Shown piece after piece: positions 10,619-25,461 of a DNA stretch of 64,000 nucleotides. Numbering within the stretch: the first letter of the stretch is position 1; every line of letters begins with the position of its first letter. The stretch spans positions 27,962,001-28,026,000 of the forward strand of contig CM120642.1 of the NCBI GenBank assembly GCA_051362555.1. The letters are read 5' to 3'. A program made the translations under genes and the position numbers. Source of the DNA: Lingula anatina. Taxonomy: Eukaryota; Animalia; Brachiopoda. Below the pieces are notes generated by a model. It was not told the DNA's origin. It searched no databases and saw nothing but the letters and a program-made list of their open reading frames with translations.

Positions 10619-13600
10619 GGGGGGGACTTTAGTAAGGTTTCACTCTTGTTGTATGTGACACTAAGTGATTTCTCATGGAAATATCAAACTGGTTACTCAA
10701 TTGGTAAGGTCTGATATAGTCGTATAAGATACTAGTAGCAGTGGTTTATATGCATTATGGAGATTCCGCACTCACTTCATGTATGTACGCTTAAGGTACT
10801 TAATTTGCACCCTGTCTCTGTCTTCAATATTTTGATTACCGTAAATATCACAGAAAAGATGGGGTTGAACATCAGTAACATGTATTTGCGCTCTATAAAA
10901 GTGATTTCTCTGCACGATTCAAATGACACGCTCGGGTTAGCATGCGGATAAACATGCAAGCTCAGTGTTCTGGGCCTACCCAAATCCTCGTGGTGTCAAG
11001 GCCGCTATTAAAGCTGTCATTAAAAAAAAAATCACATGCTGTAAATGAATTTTCCTATTCCATTCAATTTCCAAAGGCCAGAGATGAGGATGTTCTATAA
11101 TATTATGTGCCATGAATGTATTTCCTTTTGTTATAGCTTAGAAAATCAAATGTGTTTTCAGGACGTATATGTTAGGAAGCCAGTTTACATGAATCAAATT
11201 TTATTTAAAAAGAAGAAGCCATATTATTCACCTGGTTTAAAATGGGTAGTTATTAACCTGTATCTATAAGCCATTTAGTGTCTAAGTCTCCTGTATCATA
11301 AGTACATAATTAATTATATACAAAATAATTTTAAACAATGACATCAACAATATTTACACAAAGTAAGACGAAAGACATGGAAGACAGAACAGAGAAAGAA
11401 AAATATAAGAGTTTAATATAACAAACAATGCCAAATACACCATAAATAAGTAAGTATATAAATTTAGAAATATGACATTTAAACCGTGGATTGGTCCTTG
11501 CTTTAATATATTAACACTCACCTGCAAGAGTGCTAGAACAATTATTTCAACTATTCCAGCCTGCAACGTCCGTCTGACTTTCAAGTGCAAGTGCAAGTGG
11601 TCTTCAAACCGATGATATCCACGCACGCAAACGAACATTCACGACACACACTGAACACAATCACAGCAATCACAACAAACCCTTACAGTGGTTTACTTTA
11701 TTATTTTCGTTCAAACGAATTGTTCGGCAGTACTCATATTTCACTTGTCAGGGAGGAGGGGGGAGGGGGTACTACCACTTGCGTTAATAACCAGATTGCA
11801 ACACCTGATTTACAATCAATATATTGTCTAGTACGATTCCACCGAAATATTAACTTTATGCCAGAACGAGACAAATTATTACCAATTATGATGTTAATTT
11901 ATGTAAACTTTATGGCCATAATAAGGCACAGGGTTAAACGGAGTGGTGCAAACTTCAGGATTGGATTAGAGAACAATAACAAAACATGCCCTTATGCGAT
12001 TCCTGAGGCACAAATGGTCAGGAGTCCGTACATTTAAGTAAAGGTCCTCCACTCCCCCATGCAGTTTCACCGTTTAATAGGGTGGTGGTCTTTAGGGGCA
12101 TAAGCATTAAATTATTGAAACAGTTGGTCGCATTTAAATCTTAGTCGGTTGAAATTCTACATTCTCATTATACATTCTTTTTAGATAGACACTAAGAGCT
12201 GAGCATTTTTCTTTTAACATCATGCAATTTCTATGTACAGTATCGGTGGTGATGGATGTGGTTCTAAGTGCATAAAATTTCTACACGATATTTAAAATAT
12301 TTGCGTTCTATGAAAGTGATTTCTCCGAACAGCTCAAAAGTCGTTTACAACACACTTTTTGGGACTGGGTTTATCACTTATTTTTAATGCTAAATATAGG
12401 CAGTTTCTTACAAAAACCCAAAATATCATCATGAAAAGTTAGAAAAAGCCCTTGCTTTTGCGTATACCTACCTGTATATCTCATCCATCCAACATACACT
12501 GTGCATGCATACATAGCATTATAAGACAGGAAGATATTTTTTCCTATTTATAGTTGCATGAGTTACAGAATGTTGATTTTGAGATCAACAAAAATAAAAT
12601 GTAGGCCAGTATTATCCTTTTGTTATTTACTTTAACATCTTGACCCAGGTCACCGGAGCGGTGCGACACAGTGGTACGTGGTCAGTTGGCCGAAAAACAA
12701 AACTAATGCCTTCCGCCGGTCACCACGTGTACATAATGTACGAGTACAGAAAATTATTTACATATTAAATATAATGTTCACAATAACTGTCACTCATCAC
12801 TGATCGTAAAAATAAGCAGAATATAACACCCACTGATCTCAATATTTTAATAAATATACAGTAACATTTCTTATTTTATTTGACCTATATTTTAGCAGAC
12901 AGGCTACAGACTGCGTGTCCTATAGTCATCACCGGTCTGGTCTAAATATAAAGTGACCCTACATGTATTTTCCATAAACAGGGTACATACGTCATGATCT
13001 ATTTATAGTGAGAATAATCAAAACATGTCACGAAAACATGCTTGCTTACGTTTGTTAGTTTTATAATACCAATTATCTTCAAAATTAAAATAACAATGAA
13101 CGTGGCACAATATTCATCTAAGGAGTGGGAGGATGAAAGAATTCTCGCTACCTACGGTAAACGCAACATAAAAACGAGAACAACTTTGCTGTAATTTGCA
13201 TGGCACAGGGATGCCAAAATTGTTTTGTCTTGTCAACTTTAGCCAGGTACACTGTTGTTGGGTTTATCGAAAAAAGGGGGGAGGGAGAAGAAGGTTTCCC
13301 CCGTAATCTAAGGTTAGGGAGGCCCGATGCCAACAGTGCCCCGCCCCCCTCCCCCATACAACACCTTTCTTTATCCACAAAGTGTTTTAGTGAAATTATT
13401 AGAGTAGCTGATATTTTAGCAGTCAGAGTTAGACAACATCTTTCAAATGACACAATATTTTTTCTTCCGTGGTTTTCTAAACCAACTACAGTAACCTGAA
13501 TAGAAAGCATAAATACTGACTCTCATCCTCTAAAATTTGTTGCATGGTTTAAAATCTATGAAGGGCAACAGTTATAAAACTAGTTTGCATCCTTCGGATA

Positions 13601-13936
13601 CATTCAAACTTTTAAATAACGCAGTCATTTTAACTTAATAGAATAAAATCTATTGTGATATTGCAGATATTCTACAGAAGAGGTTCAAAGACAAATAAGA
13701 AATTAAATAATGAAAAATTAGTCACAGTTTCTATAACACTTAATAGCGGTGTTTCTAAAAATAAGAAAAAGGCACTGAATATACTTTAGCCAAAATTGAG
13801 GTTTGTTTACTTTGTTTTTATCTCGGGTACAAAATAGCAATACAGGGATCGCATCATAAAACGCCTGGCCCAGCATCGTGTCATAGAGGTATTAAGTAAA
13901 TGTAGTAAATAAAATTTAGCTGGACAGTGGACTGTC

Positions 13937-14147
13937 CGGAAGTCGTTTACTACGCACTGATGACTTACGCAGATTGTAGCCATGGCAATTTAGGCCATCC
14001 TTGACCACAAGACGTGAGAGCGGCGAAACTGCATCCTTGACCAGAGAGTATAAATGGACAGCGCCGCTAAACCCAGCAACCAAACACTGAAAGAAGCGAA
14101 GAAGAGAAGAACAATAGTGAGCATATATAAATTTTGAGAGAATATAG
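13937..14147 (+). promoter_or_regulatory. Promoter and non-coding exon 1 of paralog 2
   Basis: CGGAAGT at 13937, TATAAA at 14049, donor AG|GTAAGC at 14148. Confidence 0.65.
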
Positions 14148-14611
14148 GTAAGCAAACATTTTTTCATTTATTATTTTGTGACTGTCATATTTTCGGCATA
14201 CTGTAGTTTACTTGGTTATAGTAAGGCTTCTATGATAAGCAAAATGAAAGTAGCTATCGTTTTGGTAATTTGGTATGTCATATTCAAAACATTATTCTTA
14301 CAACAGGCCCACGTTCGATACATTTAGGATATCATATGTATTTGCTCGTATCTTCGACATACCAAATAATAACTGTTGATTGCTTCGTCCTAACTCCTAT
14401 ATTTTATTTGTAAAAATATTTTGCCGTATTCGCGTAATTTTGGGGGTCTTTGCAGCATCTGCGTGATAAAAAACAACATTATATGAGCTGCTTCACTACA
14501 GCAACATTCTGAAATTAAACGACAAATTTATATCTCACATAGCAAATTTCATGATTTCATCCATGTACATATAAATTCTGAGATTTATGGAATATTTGCT
14601 TACAGAATATC

Positions 14612-14766
14612 ATGGTCCGCCTGTCAAAGACCGCAACGATGTATGTTTGGGCCGTGATGACAGCTTTGCTGTTGGTGCAGAATTTTCATCCAGGTGAGTG
14701 AATGCCATTAACTACTACTTTGGCCCATGCCATAAACTACTATTTTGGCCCATGTTCTCAACATAA

Positions 14767-14834
<68 letters not shown>

Positions 14835-17800
14835 TATTTTGGTCAAAATATTTCGACGTTTTAAGGCTTTTGTGCCTGTGGATTTGTGATTTGAAATATA
14901 AATATCCGTCTTGTCTTTTACAATCCAAGTTTAGTATTACCCGATTAAGCCACACTGATCGAAAAATTAAGTTTTAAGTTTCAAAGAATAAATGGACAGA
15001 AGTAATACTTCTCCTTTATTTCAGTCATAGGATACGTCATCAGAGTACAGCGAAGAGAGGCTAATGATGACGCGCAGTTATTGGAACATAACGAAGCTGA
15101 TGAATCAATTCACCGCATCCAAAAGAGATGTACGTATTTTTAGATTATGCACATACATTGTACAGTGAACGTGCTAATTGGCGTTTTGGAATTTTGTATT
15201 TTAATTGTATTTTAATTTGCAACCGTTTTATCTTCATCTTTTGGAACGTATTAAACGGGTTTTTAAAAATCTGTCAGTACATGAAACTTGTAGCATTGCT
15301 TTAGTTAATCTAGCATAGTTATTGAGTTTTAAGTGATATGATTTTCCCTTTTAGCCGTTGTTGGAGCTGGTCTGAAATTCGTATTAAAAAATTTCTGGGA
15401 TGATTTGCTGTGTCTAGGAGCGCACTTAACGACCCTAACAAACTGCAACAGTTTGTCACCCGGAGCTTGCCAAAGGTAGGTTTGCGTCCTACTTGGTATG
15501 ACTATGATACAATGTATTACCAGTTGTGGTCGTCTGCTATACAAATGCAGTAAATCTTTCGATAAAATGCAGTATCTGTTTTCTCCTTACTTAACAGTAG
15601 TGAAGGAGAGGTCAAAGACATGGCCATGGTAGAACTGACAGCTACGGTAGTACAATTAAGGGATCATATACATTAACGTTGGGTAGAAGTCCTACTGGAC
15701 ACGAATTTAAAAGAACTAATAGGTCGTCCTAGAAAAGTTAACAATCTGTACCAAGCCATATAAAATTGCACATTTACGGATATCCTCTGAATATCTCATA
15801 ATCATCATCGCTTAGGAATGTGCATAGGTCTTTTAAAATGTGATATTTAAATAATTAATCATTTGATTGTTGGCATTAATGTGTAAGACAAACGGAATTC
15901 GAGATTTTAACAGAAAACGACGCTGTGAAAGGAAAAAATAAACCCCGTTGCATACTCGCACTCTCATCAAAGCCGCCAAACCTTCAACCATATAGTTGTA
16001 AAGGTAGCCATGGACCTCCGCAAACTGTAAAATGGACTTCCAATAGAACTTTATAAAATGATAATTCACATTGTGACCGGTCTCTTTGCTAATATGCAAA
16101 CACTATCATGTAACTTTGGTCAAGTGGTAATCTACCCAGCGTGTATAGACAAAAATGCTTTTCTATACGGCCTATACAGAAACATTTTTTTAAAAAACTG
16201 TCGTTATGAAAAGTCACATTTCATAACATTTTCATACTTATTTGCAATTGAATCATTTTCAGACTAAAAGATTTAGAAACCAAACGCAGCGAAATTGAAA
16301 ACCTTGTGAACGAGACACTGGAGACACAAGTTGAATGGGCAACATTGAATGCTACCAACGAAAAAGCCATTACTAATTTACAGCTAATTGAAAAAGACTT
16401 GGAACTGGTAACATCCAGCAACCTTCGTCTTATGGGCTTACTAAATTCAATCAGCGTCATAGAAGAAACAGACGATATTTACGACTCGGCCACCGATAAT
16501 GTCACAGAGATCAGAGTACGTTTCCAGATTGAGATGGAAACCTACCTGAACGGAATCAAAGCATCACTGTCATCTGTAGATTCCCAAATCGAATCTTTAA
16601 AACACCGCGACTACGTAATGTTTGCTCTCATGACAGCAGTCCCCCTTGTAGCTCTGCACACCAGCCACATTGTAACATCCGCCCGTCAAGCTGTTCTCAC
16701 GAGAAGCCAGTCCTATCAAGTGGTAGATATCGTTGGTGGCAACGGCAAGATGAGACTCGCGTATAACCCAGAAGGGCGACTCTACGTCGTGCAGGATTCT
16801 CCAGAATTGGGGAAACTGAAGGTTCTGCAGTCGCTCGATGACGCAGGGAATGTTGGACGGTTCTGGAAGTTCATGACGCCATCTGGACAGTCTGCCATGG
16901 TTTCCGAGTTCCTTGAAAGCTTTGACTTTGAGAGAGGCAAAAGAATTGCTTGGCTCCAGCAAAATAACGCCGACTATCTGAACACACTGAAACAAAAGGG
17001 GTATATGAGTGCATTCCTGAGTAGAACAGATGGTCTTACAACAACAGAGCTAGATGACTTTGTAAAGAAAGCCGCAGTTTTAGACCAAGATAAGTTCTAC
17101 AAGTACGATATCGATATCCCTGAAGCTGATCTTCCAAAGAATATGAAAGTAGGCCTAGACTTTCTGGACCCAAATGACATTGCTGCGGTCAATGCATACA
17201 AAAGACTGAAGGCTTATAACCCTGACCTGCTAGACAGTATGAATAAAGCTGGCACAACAGGTAAGAATTACATAGATTGTTGGGAAATTGTTTGTCAATC
17301 GGTTTGATTCTTTCGCCTTCCAGCAGTTAAATAAGTTGACAAGCATTACACTAACTTCCAAATATAATTACATGTATTGTAACAAAATGGGTGGTGCTGT
17401 ATAACTGCCGGTAAACAAACCTCTTTTAAACGTTTCAGGCCAACTATTTGTTTGATGATTTTTCATTTGTAAAACTCTAAAAACTCTCACACCAATTAAA
17501 CATCAAAATTCTATTTGTTACTGGTTTTAGGTAAATTCTTAGATAACTCCAAAGCACTCTCAGACGCTGAGTTCGACGCCTACGTCGCAAAGGTGAAAGC
17601 AGCAGCTCCCGAGTTACCCGACGGTAATCTCAAGCACTTTGACTGGGACACGCCTGCCAAAAAAGTAACATTCACGCAGAGGATCAAAAGTGGTTGGTCA
17701 TCTTTCCGAAACTTTAACCTGTTTAACTGGAGGGGGCGTCAAGTGAAGATAAGCAATGTTCTTACCATGGGAACTATTGGCGGTTCCTTGAACGTCGCGC

Positions 17801-18678
17801 TCTGTTTGTACATGACCATTTCGTCAACCCAAAGTGTAGAGGAAAGAATCGAAACCATTGACAGTAGCCTCGACGAAGCCAAGAAGAGCGTGGAAGAGAA
17901 ACAGGTAGAGCTAGATGCTCTTCTTGTAGAGGAGCAAGACCTCTATACAAAAGTCAAGAACAACACCGTGACCTTGTACAATCTCTTTAGTACCGTCGAT
18001 AGCACCATTGCAGACGACCCGAGTTGCCAGGACACTTTGTGTACATTCCTCCGTGACGCTGCCGAAATCCAGGTTATCTCTGACTTCCTTGCTACGTGGA
18101 ATAATGATACCGTCACATCTGGGACTATTCTGGTTAGTCAGTTGGCTTTCATGGCAGCCCTGGAGTCCTCCAAGACGGAAATGCTTGACATATACAACTC
18201 CGCCACAGTCACCACCAACGTCATAAATTGGGTGACCGACGGTTTGACACTGGACAGGATGCTGGAGAACGCAGTCTCTCTGAATCTCGACGCCCGTCTT
18301 CCCGACCATTTCTCCGTCCTGACGATCATCAAGGTCGCTTTCCCATCGCGCACTTCCTACGATGGAATTCCATTAAGTTGTATTGGCACTTCCATCACAA
18401 CACAGGCAGAACTTGAAGCGTTCTTGGTCCAAGCAGCTCCTATAACTGGAGATGTTGTTGATGACATCAAGACTGGAAAACTTTTTGGCGTTTCTCCAGA
18501 TGTTATCGTCGGGATGATAGAAAGCAAAGTTAATTCCGGTGATCTCCCTGCAAACCCTTGCAATGGCCAAGCTTGTACCAGTGATGATGTGCTGAAGGTG
18601 ATTGCCGCAGAGTATCCCAACGAAGCAGAGTATTATGGGATAGCCTTGGCAGCATACAGAAACACTGCTACTTGTTAG
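14612..18678 (+). CDS. Paralog 2: 817 aa prepro-protein of the same family
   Basis: join(14612..14693,15025..15129,15355..15475,16263..17260,17531..18678). Same exon sizes and phases as paralog 1. Propeptide ends HRIQKR, mature start SVVGAGLKFVLKNFWDDLLC, ends RNTATC*. Confidence 0.92.
14770..14830. repeat. (TA)n microsatellite in intron 2 of paralog 2
   Basis: About 30 TA units; only about 5 at the homologous site of paralog 3. Confidence 0.98.
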
Positions 18679-20349
18679 AGATTTCTCATCTTTGTTGAAT
18701 CCATGTCCCAAGTAAATGAGTTTTAAAAGCGGATATGCCATTTAATAATAATTTCTGTGATCCATAAGTGTTTTTGCTATGCATAAGATAAATATAGGAC
18801 CATGAGTGCCATTTTCATTGGGGTTATATTTATTATGTTTTAAAGTTTTAATATTTTTTATTCTCCCAATCTAAAACTTTTTCCGATATTTGATGCTAAA
18901 AGGTTATTTCTTAATAATCTTGGTACATGAACCGGTGTTGATTGCAATTTTTCGGAAGAAAATAAATGTTAAATAATTTTTGAATAATTTCCTTGTTTCT
19001 TATTTTTTCTTTGTTATTCTTATACACGCAAAACATTAGTCAGAAATATATTGATTCGACAGGAAAGTTAGGCTTGTTATTACAACAAAACATTAGACTT
19101 TATGTGCAACAGGTGGAGCACTCTCAATATCAGGGCCTGTTGACTATTTTGTTTGTGAATTTAATGTTAGAATTTCTATCTATTGATCTTGAGTAAATGT
19201 TTTAATGGTTACACTTCAAATATCACTTATTCTAGACTTAAAGGCCATTTGAAGAAAACAGATAAGTGAAAAATGGAGGTAAAGTTATAGTTGCGAATTC
19301 TATTTTTTTTCTAAATCTCTGATGCCCGCCAACGCAAGTGACTTTCTAATGTATCTACTGCGTAACGTCTCTGTCTAATAATTCAGAAAAAAGAAAAACA
19401 ATTGATGAAAAAGCAACTCCCTGGCCTTTTTTTCTATTTTTATTATGTCTTTTAATATTCTAGTACTCTCCACGACGTACGCTCTGTGCCTAATTGTCGG
19501 TGCGCCCCATTATTTGAACAACCCTCTACTACTCTTCAGTTTCATTATACTGGTACAGATGTTGTTTCCTAGAAAGCTGAGGCAAGAATTTGCCGACTGG
19601 ACGACCTTATTATCATTTTCGGTTTTAATTTGGATTAGAAGCACAAAAATTACTTTGAACAGCATGTTACACAACGCGTGACCTAGTGTAATCAACGATG
19701 TCTGAGCAAACTTACCGATTTAGAGGCCTTCACACGGTGCGAGAGCAAAATTTATTCACATAACAGGCTGAGATAGTTTAATCTAAATAATTCACAGACA
19801 TTCCATTATTTGCAATCATGGGGCAAGTTAACGCGTTTCAATAAGGGAAACGTCATGTGACCGGTTTTCTATACAGATATATGTATGTCAGTAAATTCGA
19901 CTTCATGACATATATTCCGTGTATTTTCTTGTGTGCTGTTATAAATACAAACCTATTAGCTTTATGGGCTCTGTCGTTTGCATTCGTTTATCTTTACGGG
20001 TTTGGCAAGCGACTTTTAAAATGCATATTGCTGTCTTATGCGCCTTTCAAAAGACACAACCCCGGTAGCTGTCTCCCCGACACTGAGACAGTTTGGTCGG
20101 CCTAAACATATACGAACAAGCACTCTGTGTTTGAAATGTGATTTTTGATTGGGTCAGTTTAGTTTCCGTAACCTCCCCCCGCCCCACACTCACACACGCA
20201 CACAAACACAAAATGATTTATTTGGAAAACTCCACCCTGCCTCCCGGTATTGTTATATACGCTCAAGTCATTCGACGCAGGATTTTACACTAGTCGGGAT
20301 CACCGTAATTAAATGCTAGTTAAAGAATTGATTATACGGAACCTGGCTT

Positions 20350-23300
20350 CACGTGTGTAAAGCCTCTCTTCTGGTCCTCAAATCAAGTTCGGTCCCTTGG
20401 TTCTAAACTGTTTACAAGAAGCTCTGTACTGGTCCTACACCTGTAAATGTCCATCATGACGAGTTCAAACGTGTTCCCCAAACGTGTCCTTGGCTGACTC
20501 TATTATGGTCTCCAATATTTGAGGTTTAAAACTTTGAGAGGCTACCAAAAAACGAACGTAAACTGAATGTTAGAAAGAAATGCATTTCAATTATTTAAAA
20601 TTGTATTATATTTGCTATAATATATTCTCATATTTTTTAAAGAACACAAAAGTTTTGCTGCGTGACTACCTTTAGGATGCTTAATACTACTACAATATTT
20701 ATGGCGTTCTCTGCTTCTTGTTTTCAAGACAGTGACATTCGTGGGTGATTGTGTGCATGTGGAGGGGGGCTACTCACTCACTGTCATGGTCGTGCGTTCT
20801 TTATTCCGTTTTAAGTTAGTATAAGCTCTTATTTTCATATGGACGCGTTTATTCCCGTGAATTTCCCAAATGTCCACTGGACCATCAAGAATTATAGTGA
20901 TTCAGAGCTTATATAGGCACAGTATAATGCATTTTTGCTGCATACGTTTTATAAATCTATTAATACTGCAATTTATGTAAAAAGCTCCCTATCAAGGATA
21001 GTCTAGCTACTTTATTTTTTTACGCATTTTGTTTTCAGATTTTTTTTTCAATTTTCAGGATTAAGGGTTTAGGTATGGTCACTATAAAACTGCCAAAATG
21101 TAGGCGTTTTGTGCAAGTAGTAGAAATGGATTATATTATTTTCGAATCAGCGGATCTAAAATAAACAAAGTTTATTAATAAACGCGCAATATATTCGTAA
21201 TTAAAGCACAATTGCTTGTTTGACTGCATTTAAACTAGGACGCAACTGACCATAATGTGTGTTTGATTGACGGGGCTGGTTTAGAGATGTGCTGCATACC
21301 TTGTTGGTATTTATACCTATGCCTTCACAAGCTACATATCCCATATCATTCGGATAATGTTCAAGTGATGTTTTGCTACAGGATGACAACTTAGCATCCC
21401 AATTGTATTGCTTTAGGAGCGTACAGTGAAGGGAATATCATGAAAACCCAGTGATCTGACCAAAGACATTGTGGCGATTTGATCGACTAATGGTAGAGGA
21501 CAGATCCAGTATAACTACGTAGTATAAGTATGCATACCAATGCAATTTACTGTTACACAACGCTGTACTCCCTTGGGCAAAATTAAAGGCTAACATCCCC
21601 GTTTCAATTTACATGTACCACTTCAAGGGAAAGATTCAGAACAGCGCCCTGGCCTGAATTTTGATCTTACAAACTGACCTCTGGAAAACCACAAAATTTT
21701 CTTTCATGCCCGAAATCTGTGAATTTAAATACTCGATCCCCACCATTAAAAGTGCCACCGACCCTCACATTGACTGCCTCTCTTGTTATAGAGCACAATT
21801 CAAATTAATTTATTAGAGACAAACCTAACTGTTATTACAGAATCGGGATTCTTTAACATACATTTTGTCTCGACTCCAGGGTCGTCTCAATTTCTGTTTC
21901 ATCCTATATATATATCTTATTCAGATGGGTGGCCCTTATCGCAGCATCTATATTTAAGTTCATTAAAAACCACACATCAAACGAATTGTGTGTACGCGCC
22001 GTAATGTACATGATCTTTGGATGGTTATTTTAAGTAATCCGATGTTGATAATTTCGAATCCTATACATTATAGTAGATGTGCGTACATGGAAAGCATCAA
22101 CACAGACTTAAGGCATTTTCGCGTCGATCATTATACCGTTTTATTTGCATCTCATCTGTAGCGAGATTTGTTGCCAGATTAACGAAGCACCGCACAATTA
22201 TGTAAGAGAACCACGAAAACAGAGCACCCGCACCAGACACGGGCATTTAATTTTGGTTGGTCCGTAAGGGGCTTGCAGTCGACCGGAGACAGAGTTGTGA
22301 ATCAATCTACGGTATATTATTTTCCGTTTATATAAAAGTTACCTAAGTCCCGCATAACGCTATGTCAAAAATTGGTCACTTTATGACCCTTTAAAACACC
22401 GCTACAGATGTAGACACTCCAACCCAATTAATTAAGTTCGATGTGAGAAAAATTTCAACAAAAAGTGAAAATGTGAGCCACATATATTCAGATTAATATC
22501 GGAATAAATATATGACACGTTCCATTACTTTCACTGGTTTATTTCATTGTACCCTCTAACAGGGAAAGCAGTCAGCAGTTATTAAAAGTAATATGAAACA
22601 TTAATAAAAACGTTATGCAAAACGTGAGCGGTTGGGATAAGTTAATTTACGCTCTCATCTTTCATATGAAAAAAAAAAAGAATATTTATTACAAGAGTTC
22701 AGGGTGGGAGGGGGAGCATAAGGGCATAGCAACTATTATGTTATGAAATAACGATCTGAAATGAAAAAAGTCAAGTTGAGCCTTTTTACTGATATACTTT
22801 ATCGTGTTTCGTGACTATCTAGCTTGGTCGGTTAAGAAGATATATAGCCCCCCTGCCCACACTTATTTCAACCTGTAAGATTGGAATGTCGGTAGTCTGG
22901 CTCGGGCAATAAAATCTCACTATCTCTACATCTGGTTTCTATCAAACGCGTTCAGAGCTTCAGAGCTTAGGACAAACATATTGCTCCTCGGGACAGGAAA
23001 TCTGGAGAGGGGGAGTAGAGGAACATGTCTTCTCAATATGGAAAGCTATATATTTTTGGTAATTTCCTTTGTAACATTTAAAAAATACTATAAAATACCC
23101 TTTCTCGAATTAATATCATGTTCACACATTTCTGTAAATATCCTGAATTTAAATAGGGGAGACCGGGGCTAGTTGGACCCCGGGGTAAGTTGGCCCCCCG
23201 TCAATTTATGAAAAAGTAACTACGAGGTAAAAAAATTGGCCACATACTCTTGCAAAGTGACCGTAGCCTACAATGCTAAGGAAGTGTCGGACGTTAAAAA

Positions 23301-25461
23301 GTTTTACTTAAGCGGTGAGTCGAAATAAACGATTTTTGCACCTAAAAGTAATTTTGTTTAAGAGATTTAAAAATCTATTTTCATAGGCTTTTGATCGAAT
23401 ATAAGATATGTATAGGGCATCAAACTGAAGCTCATTGTCTCAAGTTTCACATAGATGTATCATCGTTGCTCATTCTAGCACCATAAATGGCTACCATCCT
23501 TTAAAATAAATAATGTGCACCCGGGGCTAGTTAGCCCCCTTGACTCGGGGCAAGTTGGACCCTCATATTACCCACAAACCTTTGCGCGCAACGCTGTTTG
23601 AAATAAACAAGTTGGTGAAATTGACAAAGCTTGCCGGTGTCTATTACCGTCTGATTGATTTTTTAAATTTTCTCTCTGGTGTCTTTTTGAAAATTTATAT
23701 TAGAAATATTCTGTTGATTGTAAGTATTGAAAAGAAAATCCACTTGACTTTCCGTAGAAAAACATTTATTTTGCCTTAATTCATTGTAAGGGGATTCCCT
23801 TTGTATTTATAGTCTTATATGTGGCCCCAAGGGGATTTTCCACCCTTCCCTAGCTAGAGACCATTATTGAAACAAACTCAATGGTTTACAACTGAATTTG
23901 TTACTTTCTTTCAAATAGAAAATTTATTATTCGTTTTCATTCATTAAAAACCTTCTTTATACCATTATTTATTTATTCTTAATTAAAACAAAATACATTT
24001 TATTGATAGATATTTTGGTTCTTGCAACACATACCCCCCCCCCCCCCCCAACAACGTGACGAACGGAAACCTCAATAAATCTGCCTCATTTGAACTGTTT
24101 ATTCATCAAAGACTCTCAAAAATCAATTAAATAAATTAAAAAATTATAAAAATGTATTTCAATGCGTTTACATGGGATATATACTTCATTTTCGTAAAGG
24201 GGGGCCAACTTGCCCCGACCCTGGGGCCAACTTGCCCCATGGCGGGGCAAGTTGGCCCCCTTGACGTCAACTGCGTTTTTTGTCAAATTGTGAGCTACCT
24301 GGCATTATATTCGAAAAATAATGACGTTGCATACGTAGCTTAGTTCATGGGGCTTACTTTGAAACCGGTTTTGTTACTCTAACCCACTCCTAGTTGGCTC
24401 TACAAGGCCAAAAGTGTCTAACTGGGCCAACTAGCCCCGGTCTCCCCTACTAATGTTAAATGTCAGAGACTTCGATTTATGACGAGAGAGAGAGGTTAAG
24501 ACATTCTGTAAATGTCCCGAACTAGAGAAGAGTGTTATAAACTAAACACATCTTGGCAATAACCCGTAGACAGTAAGCCTGCAGAGTGGTTTAGTTATTA
24601 TTATCAGCATTATTGTTTATATTTTTATTAATATCAAACAATTTTACTGTTAGCAGCTATACCTGTTTGGAACCTCTATTCTGTGCCATATAATAACAAT
24701 ATTGTAAAATCCTGCAATGAAATTTTCTTCAAGTTCAAATATCAAATTTTATTAGATGGTTGAATACAACATCAGTAATAGGACAGTAATAGAATTCAGT
24801 ATAATGATACTGAATTGTTGTAAAGACATGTAGGAAGCAGGGTGACCATATATGCTCGGAATTTTGTCGGAGAGGGAAATTTCTCGAGTTTGTTCACTGC
24901 CCTGTGAAGCCACATTTTGTGGTCTGAGATGCCGTATCCGTTACTTCGTGACCTGACCTGTCAAAAGCACGTCTGCGCGCTCTTTTCATCTTTCGTCGAT
25001 TCTTCCACATTAATCAAGATACGGAGTATCAATTACAAGTGGCCCGTGGGGGGGGGGGGGGGGGGGGCATGAAGGGAATAAATAATTATATGTAGTATCC
25101 TTGCGACACACGGTTACTCTGCAATTTATATCTTTCAATTTATGCTGTGAAATAATAGCCAGCAAGTCGGTTGATCTCTCGAATCAACCAAATGACCGTT
25201 AGTTGAGTTGCTTAACTGCAAGTAATCAATCCCTTCCCCTCCCCCGAACGTCATACTGGCAGGTTTCCAAATGAAGACTATACCGCAGAAAAAGTTTGGG
25301 GCCCAAAAGAGAGTCAGCCAAGGACACGTTTGGTGAACACGTTTGAACACGTCATGATGGACATTTACAGGTGTACGACCAGAACAGAGCCTCTGGTAAA
25401 CAGTTTAGAACCAAGGGACCGAACTTGATTTGAGGACCAGAAGAGAGGCTTTACACACGTG
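20350..25461. mobile_element. 5.1 kb non-autonomous DNA transposon, Chapaev/CMC-like
   Basis: ~150-170 bp TIRs (20350-~20520 and ~25291-25461) starting CACGTGTGTAAAGCCTCTCTTCTGG, with GCTT on both flanks (4 bp TSD). No recognisable transposase ORF inside. Confidence 0.8.
23156..24447. mobile_element. TA-flanked non-autonomous TIR element nested in the Chapaev-like element
   Basis: TIR GGGGAGACCGGGGCTAGTTGG / CCAACTAGCCCCGGTCTCCCC, TA on each side, subterminal GGGGCAAGTTGG repeats. Confidence 0.88.

Noticed and set aside
11585-12037. 150 aa ORF
   Set aside because: No recognisable motif; the homologous duplicate near 25470-25750 carries indels and no equivalent ORF.
13916-14167. Similar minus-strand ORFs at 695-937, 13916-14167 and 27407-27658
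   Set aside because: They are the reverse complement of the duplicated promoter and exon 1; the similarity is explained by duplication.
19722-19739. AGAGGCCTTCACACGGTG resembling the Chapaev-like right terminus
   Set aside because: Only about 18 bp of similarity and no partner end found.
21201-21440. Minus-strand open stretch inside the Chapaev-like element, considered as a transposase or captured exon
   Set aside because: No DDE or zinc-finger motif recognised and no clear splice context; needs a database search.
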